Origin: an uncultured SAR86 cluster bacterium
Lineage (GTDB): Bacteria; Pseudomonadota; Gammaproteobacteria; Magnimaribacterales; AG-339-G14
Reading direction: 5' to 3'
NCBI GenBank assembly: GCA_902570035.1
Contig: CACFWO010000006.1
Coordinates: 33,056-97,055 of the forward strand
DNA: 64,000 nucleotides
Shown: in pieces, positions 39,807 to 48,661 of the stretch
Numbering within the stretch: the first letter of the stretch is position 1
Layout: each line of letters begins with the position of its first letter
Notes under the pieces: model-generated
Databases searched by the model: none
What the model was told of the DNA's origin: nothing
Seen by the model: the letters and a program-made list of their open reading frames with translations, nothing else
Program-made: the position numbers and the translations under genes

Positions 39807-41662
39807 TTAAATTTAAAATTAGTTCTTACTAATAGTCCTGCAAGAAACATAATTATTGCTCCAAGCCAAATAAAACGTACCAGAGGTTTGATTTGAACCT
39901 TGGCAGCCCAGGCATTTTCACCAATTTTCTGCCCCAAGGAAATATATACGTCCTTATAAACAGAAGGATAAATTCCTGCTTCTGTAGTTTCCATTCTAGA
40001 TGCCGGATAAAATCTCCTCTCTGGATAAAGTTTCAGAATTCTATCTTCCTCTTGGAAAGAAAATGTCACCCTATCACCGTAATAGTTATCTTCTTGAACT
40101 GATTGGGTATTTTCTAATGTGATTTTTGAAGAACCCACTAAAACTGATTCATTTTTTTGTAAAACGAATTCCTTTTCCACAGAATTTAAAGAGGAGATAG
40201 TAATGCCGAAAGTAAGAATTGCTAATCCCAGATGTCCTGCAATCATAGAAAAGTTAATTTTACGTTGAGAGTGAAAGCTCTTGAAAGCTAGAAAAGCTAA
40301 CGATTGAATTAACATCAAGACAATTGCATTACCGATAAATTCGTAAAAAGAAAAAGAGAAGAATAAATATGAGACAAAATAACTCAGGATAATGCTTGAA
40401 ATTATGATTATTCCAATTGAATTTAAATTATCTATTTTATTTCCTCCCCACTTAGTTAAAGGCCCGATTGCTTGAAAGAATAGTAAGATCAAGGCAAAAG
40501 GAACGGTAACCATATTGAAATATGGAGCTCCAACAGTAATTTGGTCTCCACCTGAAAAAATCTCGTAGATAATTGGGTAAATGGTGCCAAGCAGAACTAT
40601 AGCTGATAGGGTCACTAAAAAAGCATTATTTATAAAAAACATAAACTCTTTGGAATAAATTCCCATGTCAGTTTTTAAACCTCTGCTATCACTTTTCAAA
40701 AAAAATAAAGAAAATCCAAGAATAACTATCACAAAACAAATTAATAACAGAAAAATACCTCTGTCAGGATCCAGTGCAAATGAGTGAACAGAAGTAATAA
40801 TGCCCGACCTAACAAGAAACATCCCCAATAGGCTACCAGCCAGCGAGAGGATTGTTAGGGCAAGAGTCCAATTGATAAAAATTTGTCTAGCGTTGGTTGC
40901 TATCGATGAATGAATTAAAGCAGTGCACAACAACCAAGGTACTAGTGCAGAGTTTTCTACCGGATCCCAAAACCACCAGCCTCCCCATCCAAGTTCATAA
41001 TAGGCCCACCAACTGCCTAAGGAAATTCCGAGAGTGAGGAAAGACCACGAAACAACAGACCATGAGCGTATTGGTTCCAGTTGTTTAACCTTTTCCTGAT
41101 TTAAAAGAAAATTCATAGCAATTCCGAATGGAATGACTAATCCAGCGTATCCCACATAGAGCATTGGAGGATGAATTGTAAAGGCAAAATCCTGAAGCAA
41201 TGGGTTGAGATCCGAACCAGATATTGAAGAAATGGGCAGCAATCTTTCGAATGGATTGGAAAGAAAAACCGTGAAAGCAAGCAACGCAAATAAAACGATG
41301 TTCATAAAAGCAGATGAATATTTTTGATCTTCATTAAAAAAAACAAAGACTAGGATCCATCCAGCCAAGATAAGAAGAAATAATAATAATGATCCTTCAT
41401 GTCCGCCCCATAGTGCAGCAAATTTGTAATAAATTGGTAAATTAGGATTCGAGTTAGTGGCTACATAAAGCACACTAAAATCATCAGTCAAAAAAGATAC
41501 TTCAAGAGCTATGAAACTCAGAAAGATGGCTAAAAAAGTAACCAAGCTGGCTGATAAAAAAAATCTTTTGTCTTTTGGAGGATAGATAAAGGCAATACAG
41601 ATTAATAAAAGGCTATTAATCATTGAGAAAATTAAAAGAAAATTTCCAAGCTCAGGAATCAT
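39803..41662 (-). CDS. ccmF: Cytochrome c heme lyase CcmF
   Basis: MIPELG, WGGHEGSLL, LNPLLQ, HPPMLY, WAYYELGWGGWWFWDPVEN, SVHSFA. Confidence 0.97.
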   Translation of the reverse strand: MIPELGNFLLIFSMINSLLLICIAFIYPPKDKRFFLSASLVTFLAIFLSFIALEVSFLTDDFSVLYVATNSNPNLPIYYKFAALWGGHEGSLLLFLLILAGWILVFVFFNEDQKYSSAFMNIVLFALLAFTVFLSNPFERLLPISSISGSDLNPLLQDFAFTIHPPMLYVGYAGLVIPFGIAMNFLLNQEKVKQLEPIRSWSVVSWSFLTLGISLGSWWAYYELGWGGWWFWDPVENSALVPWLLCTALIHSSIATNARQIFINWTLALTILSLAGSLLGMFLVRSGIITSVHSFALDPDRGIFLLLICFVIVILGFSLFFLKSDSRGLKTDMGIYSKEFMFFINNAFLVTLSAIVLLGTIYPIIYEIFSGGDQITVGAPYFNMVTVPFALILLFFQAIGPLTKWGGNKIDNLNSIGIIIISSIILSYFVSYLFFSFSFYEFIGNAIVLMLIQSLAFLAFKSFHSQRKINFSMIAGHLGLAILTFGITISSLNSVEKEFVLQKNESVLVGSSKITLENTQSVQEDNYYGDRVTFSFQEEDRILKLYPERRFYPASRMETTEAGIYPSVYKDVYISLGQKIGENAWAAKVQIKPLVRFIWLGAIIMFLAGLLVRTNFKFK

Positions 41663-42080
41663 TTACAAGCGCCTTTTTTACTTCTTTTGGAATGTAATTT
41701 TCATCATGTTTGGCTAATATTTCTTTGGCATAAAAGATTCCATCAGAATAATCATAGAAGCCTCGAGCAATTACTCCTGAGTTTTCTTTGAATAAATTAG
41801 GAAGAATGCCCTCATAATAGACTTCTATAGAATTTTCTAAATCTGTCACAAGAAAATTCGTCTCAAGACTGTCTTTACTTATATTAATTGAGTCTTCTTG
41901 GACAAGGCCCCCAATTCTTAGACTGTCTTTATTAATAATTTTTGAGCCAGTTAGATCTGATGGAGTGTAATAGAAATCTACATTTTCATTCATTGCTAAA
42001 ACTATGAACGTAAAAGCTACAGACAAACTAGCAATCAAAGAGGATACGAAAATTACTCTATTTCTTCTTTTGGTTCTCAT
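41652..42080 (-). CDS. ccmE: Heme chaperone CcmE
   Basis: RIGGLV, GILPNLFKE, LAKHDENY heme-binding motif. Confidence 0.95.
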   Translation of the reverse strand: MRTKRRNRVIFVSSLIASLSVAFTFIVLAMNENVDFYYTPSDLTGSKIINKDSLRIGGLVQEDSINISKDSLETNFLVTDLENSIEVYYEGILPNLFKENSGVIARGFYDYSDGIFYAKEILAKHDENYIPKEVKKALVNDS

Positions 42081-42184
42081 TTTATTTTTTCTTTGAATTT
42101 GTTTAATCCGAATAATGCAATTGAAGAAGTAATCACAAAAATGATTAAACTCATCATAAGGACTATTTTTAATTCGAAAATCAT
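42077..42184 (-). CDS. ccmD: CcmD-like heme exporter subunit (35 aa)
   Basis: Missed by the ORF track. MIFELKIVLMMSLIIFVITSSIALFGLNKFKEKIK: one TM plus a basic tail, with ATGA overlaps to both ccmC and ccmE. Identity is positional. Confidence 0.75.
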   Translation of the reverse strand: MIFELKIVLMMSLIIFVITSSIALFGLNKFKEKIK

Positions 42185-42918
42185 TTCTTTTCTTGAAAAA
42201 TTCTTTTTACCCAATTATGCGAAATCTCTCTTTTCAAAATTTCTACTTGCATTCTGCGCATTCCAATTGCCGTTACATATAAATAAAAACCAAGTATAGA
42301 AATCAACAATGGAATTAACATTTCATTATCAATGCTTGAGCCCGATAAAGTTATTGATGCAGACTGATGGAGAGTATTCCACCATTCAACTGACAACTTA
42401 ATAATTGGAAGATTAATTCCTCCAATCAGTACAACAATTGACACTGCTTGATCAATCGAAGCTCTCCTGTCAAAGCTCGAAAAGAGACTGATTATTGCTA
42501 AGTATAAAATTAATAAAATTAGTGTTGAAGTTAATCTTGCATCCCAAACCCACCAGGTCCCCCAAGTAGGCTGTCCCCAAACTGCTCCAGTAAAAAGTGC
42601 TAAAAAAGTGAATATAGCCCCTAAAGGAGCCATAGAAATCATGAATACACTAGCCATTTTAATTCGCCATATAAGATATGTAACTGAAGCAATAACCATT
42701 GTGTAGTAGATGGACTGAGCTACGGAAGCTGCAGGAACATGAAGATATATGATTCTGTATACCTCACCTTGGGTAACGTCAACTGGCGAGAAGAAAACTC
42801 CCCAAAGAACTCCAAGAAGTATTACAGAAATAGATAAAAGAAATAAATAAGGAAAACTTATTTGAGCGATCTTAAAAAAATAAGGAAATGAAATTAGTTG
42901 ATTAAAAAATTGTCTCAT
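42181..42918 (-). CDS. ccmC: Heme exporter protein CcmC
   Basis: RIIYLHVP, WGQPTWGTWWVWDARLT (WWD domain), WWNTLHQ. Confidence 0.96.
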   Translation of the reverse strand: MRQFFNQLISFPYFFKIAQISFPYLFLLSISVILLGVLWGVFFSPVDVTQGEVYRIIYLHVPAASVAQSIYYTMVIASVTYLIWRIKMASVFMISMAPLGAIFTFLALFTGAVWGQPTWGTWWVWDARLTSTLILLILYLAIISLFSSFDRRASIDQAVSIVVLIGGINLPIIKLSVEWWNTLHQSASITLSGSSIDNEMLIPLLISILGFYLYVTAIGMRRMQVEILKREISHNWVKRIFQEKK

Positions 42919-42919
42919 C

Positions 42920-43579
42920 TTACTCAAAGTGAAGTCTAATGGCACCTAGGCATGAAGCGATAAGAATTGGGATGGAAAAAAATAAAAAGGCGGCAAGTAA
43001 AAAAATGTAAAAAAGTACTTCTTCATTTTTATAGGACTGTATAGCAAGTATTCCCAGAATTAATGCTGGTAAACACATCGGAATAACAATTGATGATCCC
43101 ACAATATTTCCTCTTTCAAGAGTCAATGCTCCTGCTAAGGCACCAAACATAGATAGAATTGGGGTTCCTAAAAATAACGTTAGAGCCAGAATCAATGCAG
43201 CATCGAAAGGGAGATAAAGCATAAATGAAGTTAGTAAAGATAAAAAAATTAAAGGAAGCGATGAAAAGCACCAATTTACAAAAATTTTAATGCTGGCCCA
43301 GAGAAATAGTGATTTTCCAGATGCTAGAACTAAATCAAGCGATCCGTCTTTGTAGTCCTCATTAAAAATAAATTGATGTGACAATAAGTTTGCTAATAGT
43401 ATCGATATCCAAATTATTCCTGCTGAGAGTTCTGCAAGCTTCTCTTCATCGGATCCAAAAGCTAAAGGATAAAGAGTAATCGTAATTAAAAAAAATACGA
43501 TTGGTCCAAGAAAAGATGATGATCTAGACAAATATACTTTTGAGTCCCTTTGGAAAGTTTTAAAATAAAAACTCTTCAC
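42920..43579 (-). CDS. ccmB: Heme exporter protein CcmB
   Basis: Six hydrophobic segments; FNEDYKDGSL and LGTP motifs. Confidence 0.92.
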   Translation of the reverse strand: MKSFYFKTFQRDSKVYLSRSSSFLGPIVFFLITITLYPLAFGSDEEKLAELSAGIIWISILLANLLSHQFIFNEDYKDGSLDLVLASGKSLFLWASIKIFVNWCFSSLPLIFLSLLTSFMLYLPFDAALILALTLFLGTPILSMFGALAGALTLERGNIVGSSIVIPMCLPALILGILAIQSYKNEEVLFYIFLLAAFLFFSIPILIASCLGAIRLHFE

Positions 43580-44136
43580 AGCGCTAGCTCTCTGCTTGAA
43601 ATATTATGATCCTCGTGAGAAGTAAAAATGACAGATGATCCTCTGTTTTGATGGTCTCTGATAGTATTCTCAATCAATTCAATCCCTTTTTTATCTAAGT
43701 TTGCAAATGGTTCATCCAGAAGAAAAAGATCGCATTTGGATAAGAATAGCTGCACCAAGGAGACCTTTTTTCTTTGACCTTGGGAGAGATTAAATAATTT
43801 AGTTTCATTCATTGAATTCAATTCAAATAATTTCAAAGCTTCGCTTAATGAATCAACTTCTGAATTAAAACGATAGTCTAATAAAAGGTTATCTTTAACT
43901 GATAAAGAATCTTTTAAGCCCAAGTTGTGCCCTAAAAAGAATACATTTTTATCTGTGGAAAGGACTTTTCCTTGAAAGTTGTTTAATATTCCGCTTAAGA
44001 TTTTTAAAAGTGTTGATTTTCCAGATCCATTTTCACCCTTGAGATGAATAATTTCGGAGGGATTTACTTCGAAATTAAGATTTTCAAGTAGAGGAAAATC
44101 ATTGAAAGAGTAAGATAAATTTTCAACTTTTATCAA
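43576..44136 (-). CDS. ccmA: Heme ABC exporter ATP-binding protein CcmA
   Basis: GENGSGKS, FLGH, LSQGQ, LLDEPF, TSH; first gene of the ccm operon. Confidence 0.92.
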   Translation of the reverse strand: MIKVENLSYSFNDFPLLENLNFEVNPSEIIHLKGENGSGKSTLLKILSGILNNFQGKVLSTDKNVFFLGHNLGLKDSLSVKDNLLLDYRFNSEVDSLSEALKLFELNSMNETKLFNLSQGQRKKVSLVQLFLSKCDLFLLDEPFANLDKKGIELIENTIRDHQNRGSSVIFTSHEDHNISSRELAL

Positions 44137-44199
44137 TTTTTTATAACCAAAATAGCTTAAATAGTTGATAATTATAACGATTTTGTAGATTTAGTTCAT

Positions 44200-44661
44200 A
44201 TGATGAAAAATAAATTTGGAAAGAGAATAAGTATAGAACAGGTAGAAGAAGGAAATTCTTTAATGCCTAAGTTTGATGACAACGGTTTGATACCGGTAAT
44301 AACGGTTGAAAGCGGTTCAGAATTGATACTAATGCATGGTTATATGAATGAAGAATCGCTTGATTTGAGTATCGATACAAAATTAGCTCACTATTGGTCA
44401 AGAAGCAGAAAGAAGATATGGAAAAAAGGAGAAACTAGTGGCCAATTTCAGCATATTAAAGAAATATTAATCGATGATGATCAGGACTGTTTAATAATAA
44501 AGGTTGAATTAGATGGACTTGGAGCAAGTTGCCATGTCGGTTATAAGTCTTGTTTTTACAGAAAGGTTGATAAAGATTTAAGTCTTGAATTTATTGAAAA
44601 AGAAAAGGTTTTTGATCCTGAAGAAGTGTACGAAGGAGAAGAAAACCCAACTATTTTATAG
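44200..44661 (+). CDS. hisI: Phosphoribosyl-AMP cyclohydrolase
   Basis: GLIPVI, YWSRSR..W.KGETSG, DDDQD, ASCHVGYKSCF. Confidence 0.94.
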   Translation: MMKNKFGKRISIEQVEEGNSLMPKFDDNGLIPVITVESGSELILMHGYMNEESLDLSIDTKLAHYWSRSRKKIWKKGETSGQFQHIKEILIDDDQDCLIIKVELDGLGASCHVGYKSCFYRKVDKDLSLEFIEKEKVFDPEEVYEGEENPTIL

Positions 44662-44736
44662 CCCTTGTAGTTTAATTGGATAAAACGGCCGCCTCCTAAG
44701 TGGCAGCTCTAGGTTCGATTCCTAGCAGGGGCACCA
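44661..44736 (+). tRNA. tRNA-Arg(CCT)
   Basis: GCCCTTG/CAGGGGC acceptor stem, GCCGC-CTCCTAA-GTGGC anticodon arm, GGTTCGATT, CCA. Confidence 0.94.
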
Positions 44737-44746
44737 AGTGATTTCC

Positions 44747-44788
44747 ATAAAAAATCCCCTCTTTCTTAGAAAGAAGGGATTTTTTTAT
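44747..44788. terminator. Bidirectional intrinsic terminator between tRNA-Arg and metY
   Basis: Hairpin AAAAAATCCC-C-TCTTTCT-T-AGAAAGA-A-GGGATTTTTTT with an A tract on one side and a T tract on the other. Confidence 0.85.
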
Positions 44789-44792
44789 CAGC

Positions 44793-46097
44793 TTAAGATG
44801 CTTTGTCTAAAGCTTGAGAAATGTCAGCAATGATATCGTCAACATGTTCAATACCAATTGAGAGCCTCACATATCCCGGGGTAACCCCAGCAGACAACTG
44901 CTCTTCAGGAGCTAATTGACTGTGAGTTGTTGTAGCCGGATGAATTGCTAAAGATCTAGAATCACCAATGTTAGCTACATGATATAAAAGTTCTAATGAA
45001 TCAATAAATTTACTTCCAGCTTCCTTGCCTCCAGGAAGTTCAAAGCCAATTAAAGCTCCGTAACCGCCTTTCATGTATTTGTCAGCTTTTTCTCTTTCTG
45101 CGCCCTCAAAAAGCCCAGGATAAGTAACTGATTGAACTTTGTCGTTATTTTCTAAGAATTCAGCAACGGCTTGCGCATTCTTAGCGTGTTCACGCATTCT
45201 TAGTGGAAGGGTTTCCAATCCTTGAATAAACATCCAGGCACTGAAAGGACTCATGGCTCCACCGAGATCCCTTAACAAAGTAGTTCTTAGTTTGAGAAGG
45301 TATGCAAATGGAAGTCCCATTGTTTTTGTAACTTGTTCATCCCAGACTACTCCTCCGTAACATGGGTCAGGGGTATTAAGTGCAGGCTGCCTATCAGCTC
45401 CTGCCCCACCCCAGTCAAAATTACCTCCATCAAGGATTAGGCCTCCAATAGTAGTACCGTGACCGCCAATGTATTTAGTGGTCGAATAAGTCGTTACCGC
45501 AGCACCGTGATCAAAAGGTCTGCATAAAACTGGCGCAGCAGTGTTATCAACAATTAAAGGTATGCCATGCTTTCTTCCGATATCAGCAACTTCAGCAATC
45601 GGAAAAACCTGTAATTTAGGATTGGGAAGGGTTTCAGCAAAGTAAGCTCTTGTTTTATCATCAGTAGCCGACTCAAAGTTATTGGGATCAGTCGGATCAA
45701 CAAAACGAACTTCTATCCCCATTTCCCTCATATTATTTTTGAATTGATTGTAGGTTCCGCCGTATAAGTGCGCAGATGAAACAATGTTATCCCCTGCTCT
45801 GGCAACATTTTGAATTGAGTATGCAGAAGCAGTTTGACCAGAAGCTACCGCTAAACCAGCAACCCCGCCATCCAAAGCAGCCATTCTTTGCTCAAGAACA
45901 TCGCAAGTTGGATTCATTATTCTTGTGTAGATATTTCCAAACTCCTGCAATCCAAATAAGCTTGCTGCGTGGGCAGTATCATTGAATTGATAACTAGTGG
46001 TTTGATGAATTGGAACAGCTACTGATCCAGTATTTTCATCATTTCTCCATCCAGTATGAAGAGCTATGGTTTCTAAATTTTTTCCTTCGTATGACAT
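44793..46097 (-). CDS. metY: O-acetylhomoserine aminocarboxypropyltransferase (sulfhydrylase)
   Basis: PIHQTTSY, GNIYTRIMNPT, LYGGT, IVDNT, STTKYIGGHG (PLP Lys), HVANIGD, HPATTTH; GGAGA RBS before ATG 46097. Confidence 0.94.
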   Translation of the reverse strand: MSYEGKNLETIALHTGWRNDENTGSVAVPIHQTTSYQFNDTAHAASLFGLQEFGNIYTRIMNPTCDVLEQRMAALDGGVAGLAVASGQTASAYSIQNVARAGDNIVSSAHLYGGTYNQFKNNMREMGIEVRFVDPTDPNNFESATDDKTRAYFAETLPNPKLQVFPIAEVADIGRKHGIPLIVDNTAAPVLCRPFDHGAAVTTYSTTKYIGGHGTTIGGLILDGGNFDWGGAGADRQPALNTPDPCYGGVVWDEQVTKTMGLPFAYLLKLRTTLLRDLGGAMSPFSAWMFIQGLETLPLRMREHAKNAQAVAEFLENNDKVQSVTYPGLFEGAEREKADKYMKGGYGALIGFELPGGKEAGSKFIDSLELLYHVANIGDSRSLAIHPATTTHSQLAPEEQLSAGVTPGYVRLSIGIEHVDDIIADISQALDKAS

Positions 46098-46107
46098 TTT
46101 TATCTCC

Positions 46108-46140
46108 AAAAAAAAACCTGCTTGTTTTGCTAAGCAGGTT
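46108..46140 (-). terminator. Intrinsic terminator in the metY leader
   Basis: Minus strand AACCTGCTT-AGCAAAAC-AAGCAGGTT followed by a T run, ending just before the RBS. Confidence 0.85.
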
Positions 46141-46147
46141 TAAAAAG

Positions 46148-46198
46148 TCCTGTTTAGCTAATTTTTAAAGCGTCAGCAAGTCGGTTAAATCAACGCTA
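46148..46198 (-). ncRNA. SAM-II riboswitch aptamer
   Basis: Minus strand TAGCGT-TGATTTAACCGACTTGCTG-ACGCT-TTAAAAATTAGCTAAACAGGA. It has a P1 stem, the UGAUUUAACCG...UUGC loop and the UAGCUAAA pseudoknot strand typical of SAM-II, and lies upstream of a Met biosynthesis gene. Confidence 0.88.
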
Positions 46199-46246
46199 TG
46201 GAATCGATGATACACAATTTTAATTAGAAAAGGTATATTTAAATCT

Positions 46247-47104
46247 ATGAATAAAGAAACACTCAAAACAGAAAAAATAGACAGTTCATTACTCATTACC
46301 TTCACAAGACCAGATGAAATGAATACGTTCAGTGGAAAAATGATGGTTGAGATAATGGATACTTTAGACGAAGCAGAATCTGACGATTCTGTGCGCTCTG
46401 TTATCTTCACCGGTTCAGGCAGAGCTTACTGTGCTGGCGCAGATCTTTCTCAAGGAGAGAAAACATTCGATTGGTCAAAAAGAGATGCAAAAGTTAACGG
46501 AGTAGCCAGAGATACTGGAGGAATGCTCACTTTAAAGTTATACGATTTTAAAAAACCTATCATTGCTGCAGTTAATGGATCTGCGGTTGGTGTCGGAGTC
46601 ACTATGACTCTTCCAATGGATGTTCGAATTGCTTCTGATAACGCAAAGTTCGGATTTGTCTTTGCAAAAAGAGGTATTGTGCCTGAGGCTTGTTCCTCTT
46701 GGTTTTTGCCAAGAATTGTTGGCGTCAGCCAATCACTGGAATGGATGATGTCAGGAGAAGTATTTTCTGCAGAAGAAGCTCTTAAAGGAAAATTAATTAG
46801 AGAAATTACTAGTCAGGACAATCTTGTACCAAGAGCATTAGAGATAGCACACAAATTTTCAAATAAAACTTCAGCAGTTTCTGTCAGTTTAACTAGGCAA
46901 ATGGTATGGAAAATGTTGGGAGAAAAACATCCTATGTCTGCTCATAAAATAGACTCGAGGGGAGTCTATTATTTAGGGAGAAGTAATGATGTTGCAGAAG
47001 GAATTTCTTCTTTCCTAGAAAAAAGAGATCCTGAATTCTCAGATACAGTTTCCAAAAACATGCCTGAATACTATCCATGGTGGCAGGAAGAAGAATTTGA
47101 ATAA
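46247..47104 (+). CDS. Crotonase/enoyl-CoA hydratase family protein
   Basis: RAYCAGADL, KPIIAAVNG, GVGVTMTLPMD, RGIVPEA, FLEKRDP. Confidence 0.92.
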   Translation: MNKETLKTEKIDSSLLITFTRPDEMNTFSGKMMVEIMDTLDEAESDDSVRSVIFTGSGRAYCAGADLSQGEKTFDWSKRDAKVNGVARDTGGMLTLKLYDFKKPIIAAVNGSAVGVGVTMTLPMDVRIASDNAKFGFVFAKRGIVPEACSSWFLPRIVGVSQSLEWMMSGEVFSAEEALKGKLIREITSQDNLVPRALEIAHKFSNKTSAVSVSLTRQMVWKMLGEKHPMSAHKIDSRGVYYLGRSNDVAEGISSFLEKRDPEFSDTVSKNMPEYYPWWQEEEFE

Positions 47105-47109
47105 TTGAC

Positions 47110-48642
47110 ATGAATTGGAAAAGCGATGTTGAGGAGCTTAAGCTAAGAAATAAACTGGCTAAATCTCAAGGCGGCACAGAGGCAATAAAGCTTCAGCATG
47201 CTAAAGGTAGGTTAACTTTAAGAGAGAGAATAGATCTTTTATTAGATAAAAGTTCTTTCGATGAAGTCGGCAAAATAGCTGGGGATGCAGAAAAAGACGA
47301 TAAAGGAGAAATATCAGATTTCACTCCATCAAACTTCGTTCTAGGATTTGGCAAAATTGATGGCAGGCAAGTTCTAGTAGGAGGAGAAGACTTTACCGTC
47401 AAAGGCGGCTCACCTAATCCGGTTGGACTCAGAAAAAGTGTTTATACAGAAGATTTAGCTCTTCAATATAAGGTACCTCTAATAAGACTCCATGAAGGAG
47501 GAGGAGGATCGGTAAAAGGATCGTCAGGAAAAAAATCTTACGGTGATCCGGTGTTCTCTAAGTCAAGATTCTTATCTGTAGCTAAAACATTAAAAGAAGT
47601 TCCTGTAGCTACAGCTGCCTTGGGTCCAGTCGCAGGACTGCCTGCTTCTAGATTCGTTGCATCGCATTTTAGAGTGATGACCAAAAAAACTGCTCAAGTT
47701 CTTATCGCAGGACCGAAAGTGGTCGAAAGAGCTTTTGGCACTGAGCTTACTAAAGAAGAATTAGGAGGATCTGAAGTTCATAAATCTAATGGAGTGGTTG
47801 ATAACATTGTAGATACCGAAAAGGAGGCGTTGAATCAGATAAGGAAATTTATAAGTTATTTTCCTCAAAACCGATACGAAATAGCCCGGCGCGTTTCAAA
47901 TGAGGATGATATTGAGAGAGAAGATCAAGATCTTTTGAATGCTATCCCAGAAGATAGATCCAGAACTTATGATATGAGAAAGATTCTTTCAGGAGTGGTT
48001 GATAGAGATAGCCTTTTTGAGATTACCCCCTATTTTGGAAGAGGCATGATTACAGCTTTTGCAAGACTGAATGGATTTTCTGTAGGAATTTTTGCAAATG
48101 ATCCAAATTTTTATGCTGGATCAATGACTGCTGATAATGCCAAGAAAACAACCAGATTTATTCAAAACTGTAATAATTTTAATATCCCAATAATAACTTT
48201 TGTTGATGAGCCAGGATTTTTAATAGGTCCAGAAGCAGAGAAAAATGCGGGAATACTCTACGGAACTGAGACAGTTCTTACGGCCGCAGAGACAACTGTT
48301 CCTTGGGCAACTGTAATGATAAGGAAATCCTTTGGTGTTGCTGCAGCTGCTCATTTTGGTCCAGATCCTTATGTGTTGGCATGGCCTTCTGCAGAATCAG
48401 GCGCTCTTCCATTAGAGGGGGGTGTTGCAGTCGCGTTTGCCAAAGAAATTGCTGCAGCAGAGGATCCTGAAGCCAAAAGAAAGGAAATTGAAGATTCGTT
48501 AAGAAAAGCTCGCGATCCTTTTGCAAGAGGAGAGTCCTTTTCAGTGCACGAAGTTATTGACCCCAGAGAAACAAGAAAGTATCTTTCTTTGTGGGCTGAA
48601 AGAATTCAGACCCAACTTTTAACTAGAAACTATTTAAAGTGA
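47110..48642 (+). CDS. Acyl-CoA carboxylase carboxyltransferase (beta) subunit
   Basis: GRLTLRERI, DFTVKGGS, EELGGSEVH, FVDEPGF, VIDPRETR. Confidence 0.9.
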   Translation: MNWKSDVEELKLRNKLAKSQGGTEAIKLQHAKGRLTLRERIDLLLDKSSFDEVGKIAGDAEKDDKGEISDFTPSNFVLGFGKIDGRQVLVGGEDFTVKGGSPNPVGLRKSVYTEDLALQYKVPLIRLHEGGGGSVKGSSGKKSYGDPVFSKSRFLSVAKTLKEVPVATAALGPVAGLPASRFVASHFRVMTKKTAQVLIAGPKVVERAFGTELTKEELGGSEVHKSNGVVDNIVDTEKEALNQIRKFISYFPQNRYEIARRVSNEDDIEREDQDLLNAIPEDRSRTYDMRKILSGVVDRDSLFEITPYFGRGMITAFARLNGFSVGIFANDPNFYAGSMTADNAKKTTRFIQNCNNFNIPIITFVDEPGFLIGPEAEKNAGILYGTETVLTAAETTVPWATVMIRKSFGVAAAAHFGPDPYVLAWPSAESGALPLEGGVAVAFAKEIAAAEDPEAKRKEIEDSLRKARDPFARGESFSVHEVIDPRETRKYLSLWAERIQTQLLTRNYLK

Positions 48643-48661
48643 AAACTTAAGAGAGGAAAAA

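Noticed and set aside
42093-42299. 68-aa plus-strand ORF
   Set aside because: Antisense to ccmC and the CcmD-like ORF, which has coupled ATGA overlaps on the minus strand.
44163-44183. Fur-like sequence (TTGATAATTATAACGATTT) between ccmA and hisI
   Set aside because: Only a partial match in very AT-rich DNA; equally explained by overlapping -10 elements.
46165-46410. 81-aa minus-strand ORF as a metY leader peptide
   Set aside because: It is mostly antisense to the crotonase and begins upstream of the likely promoter; the SAM-II aptamer explains the leader.
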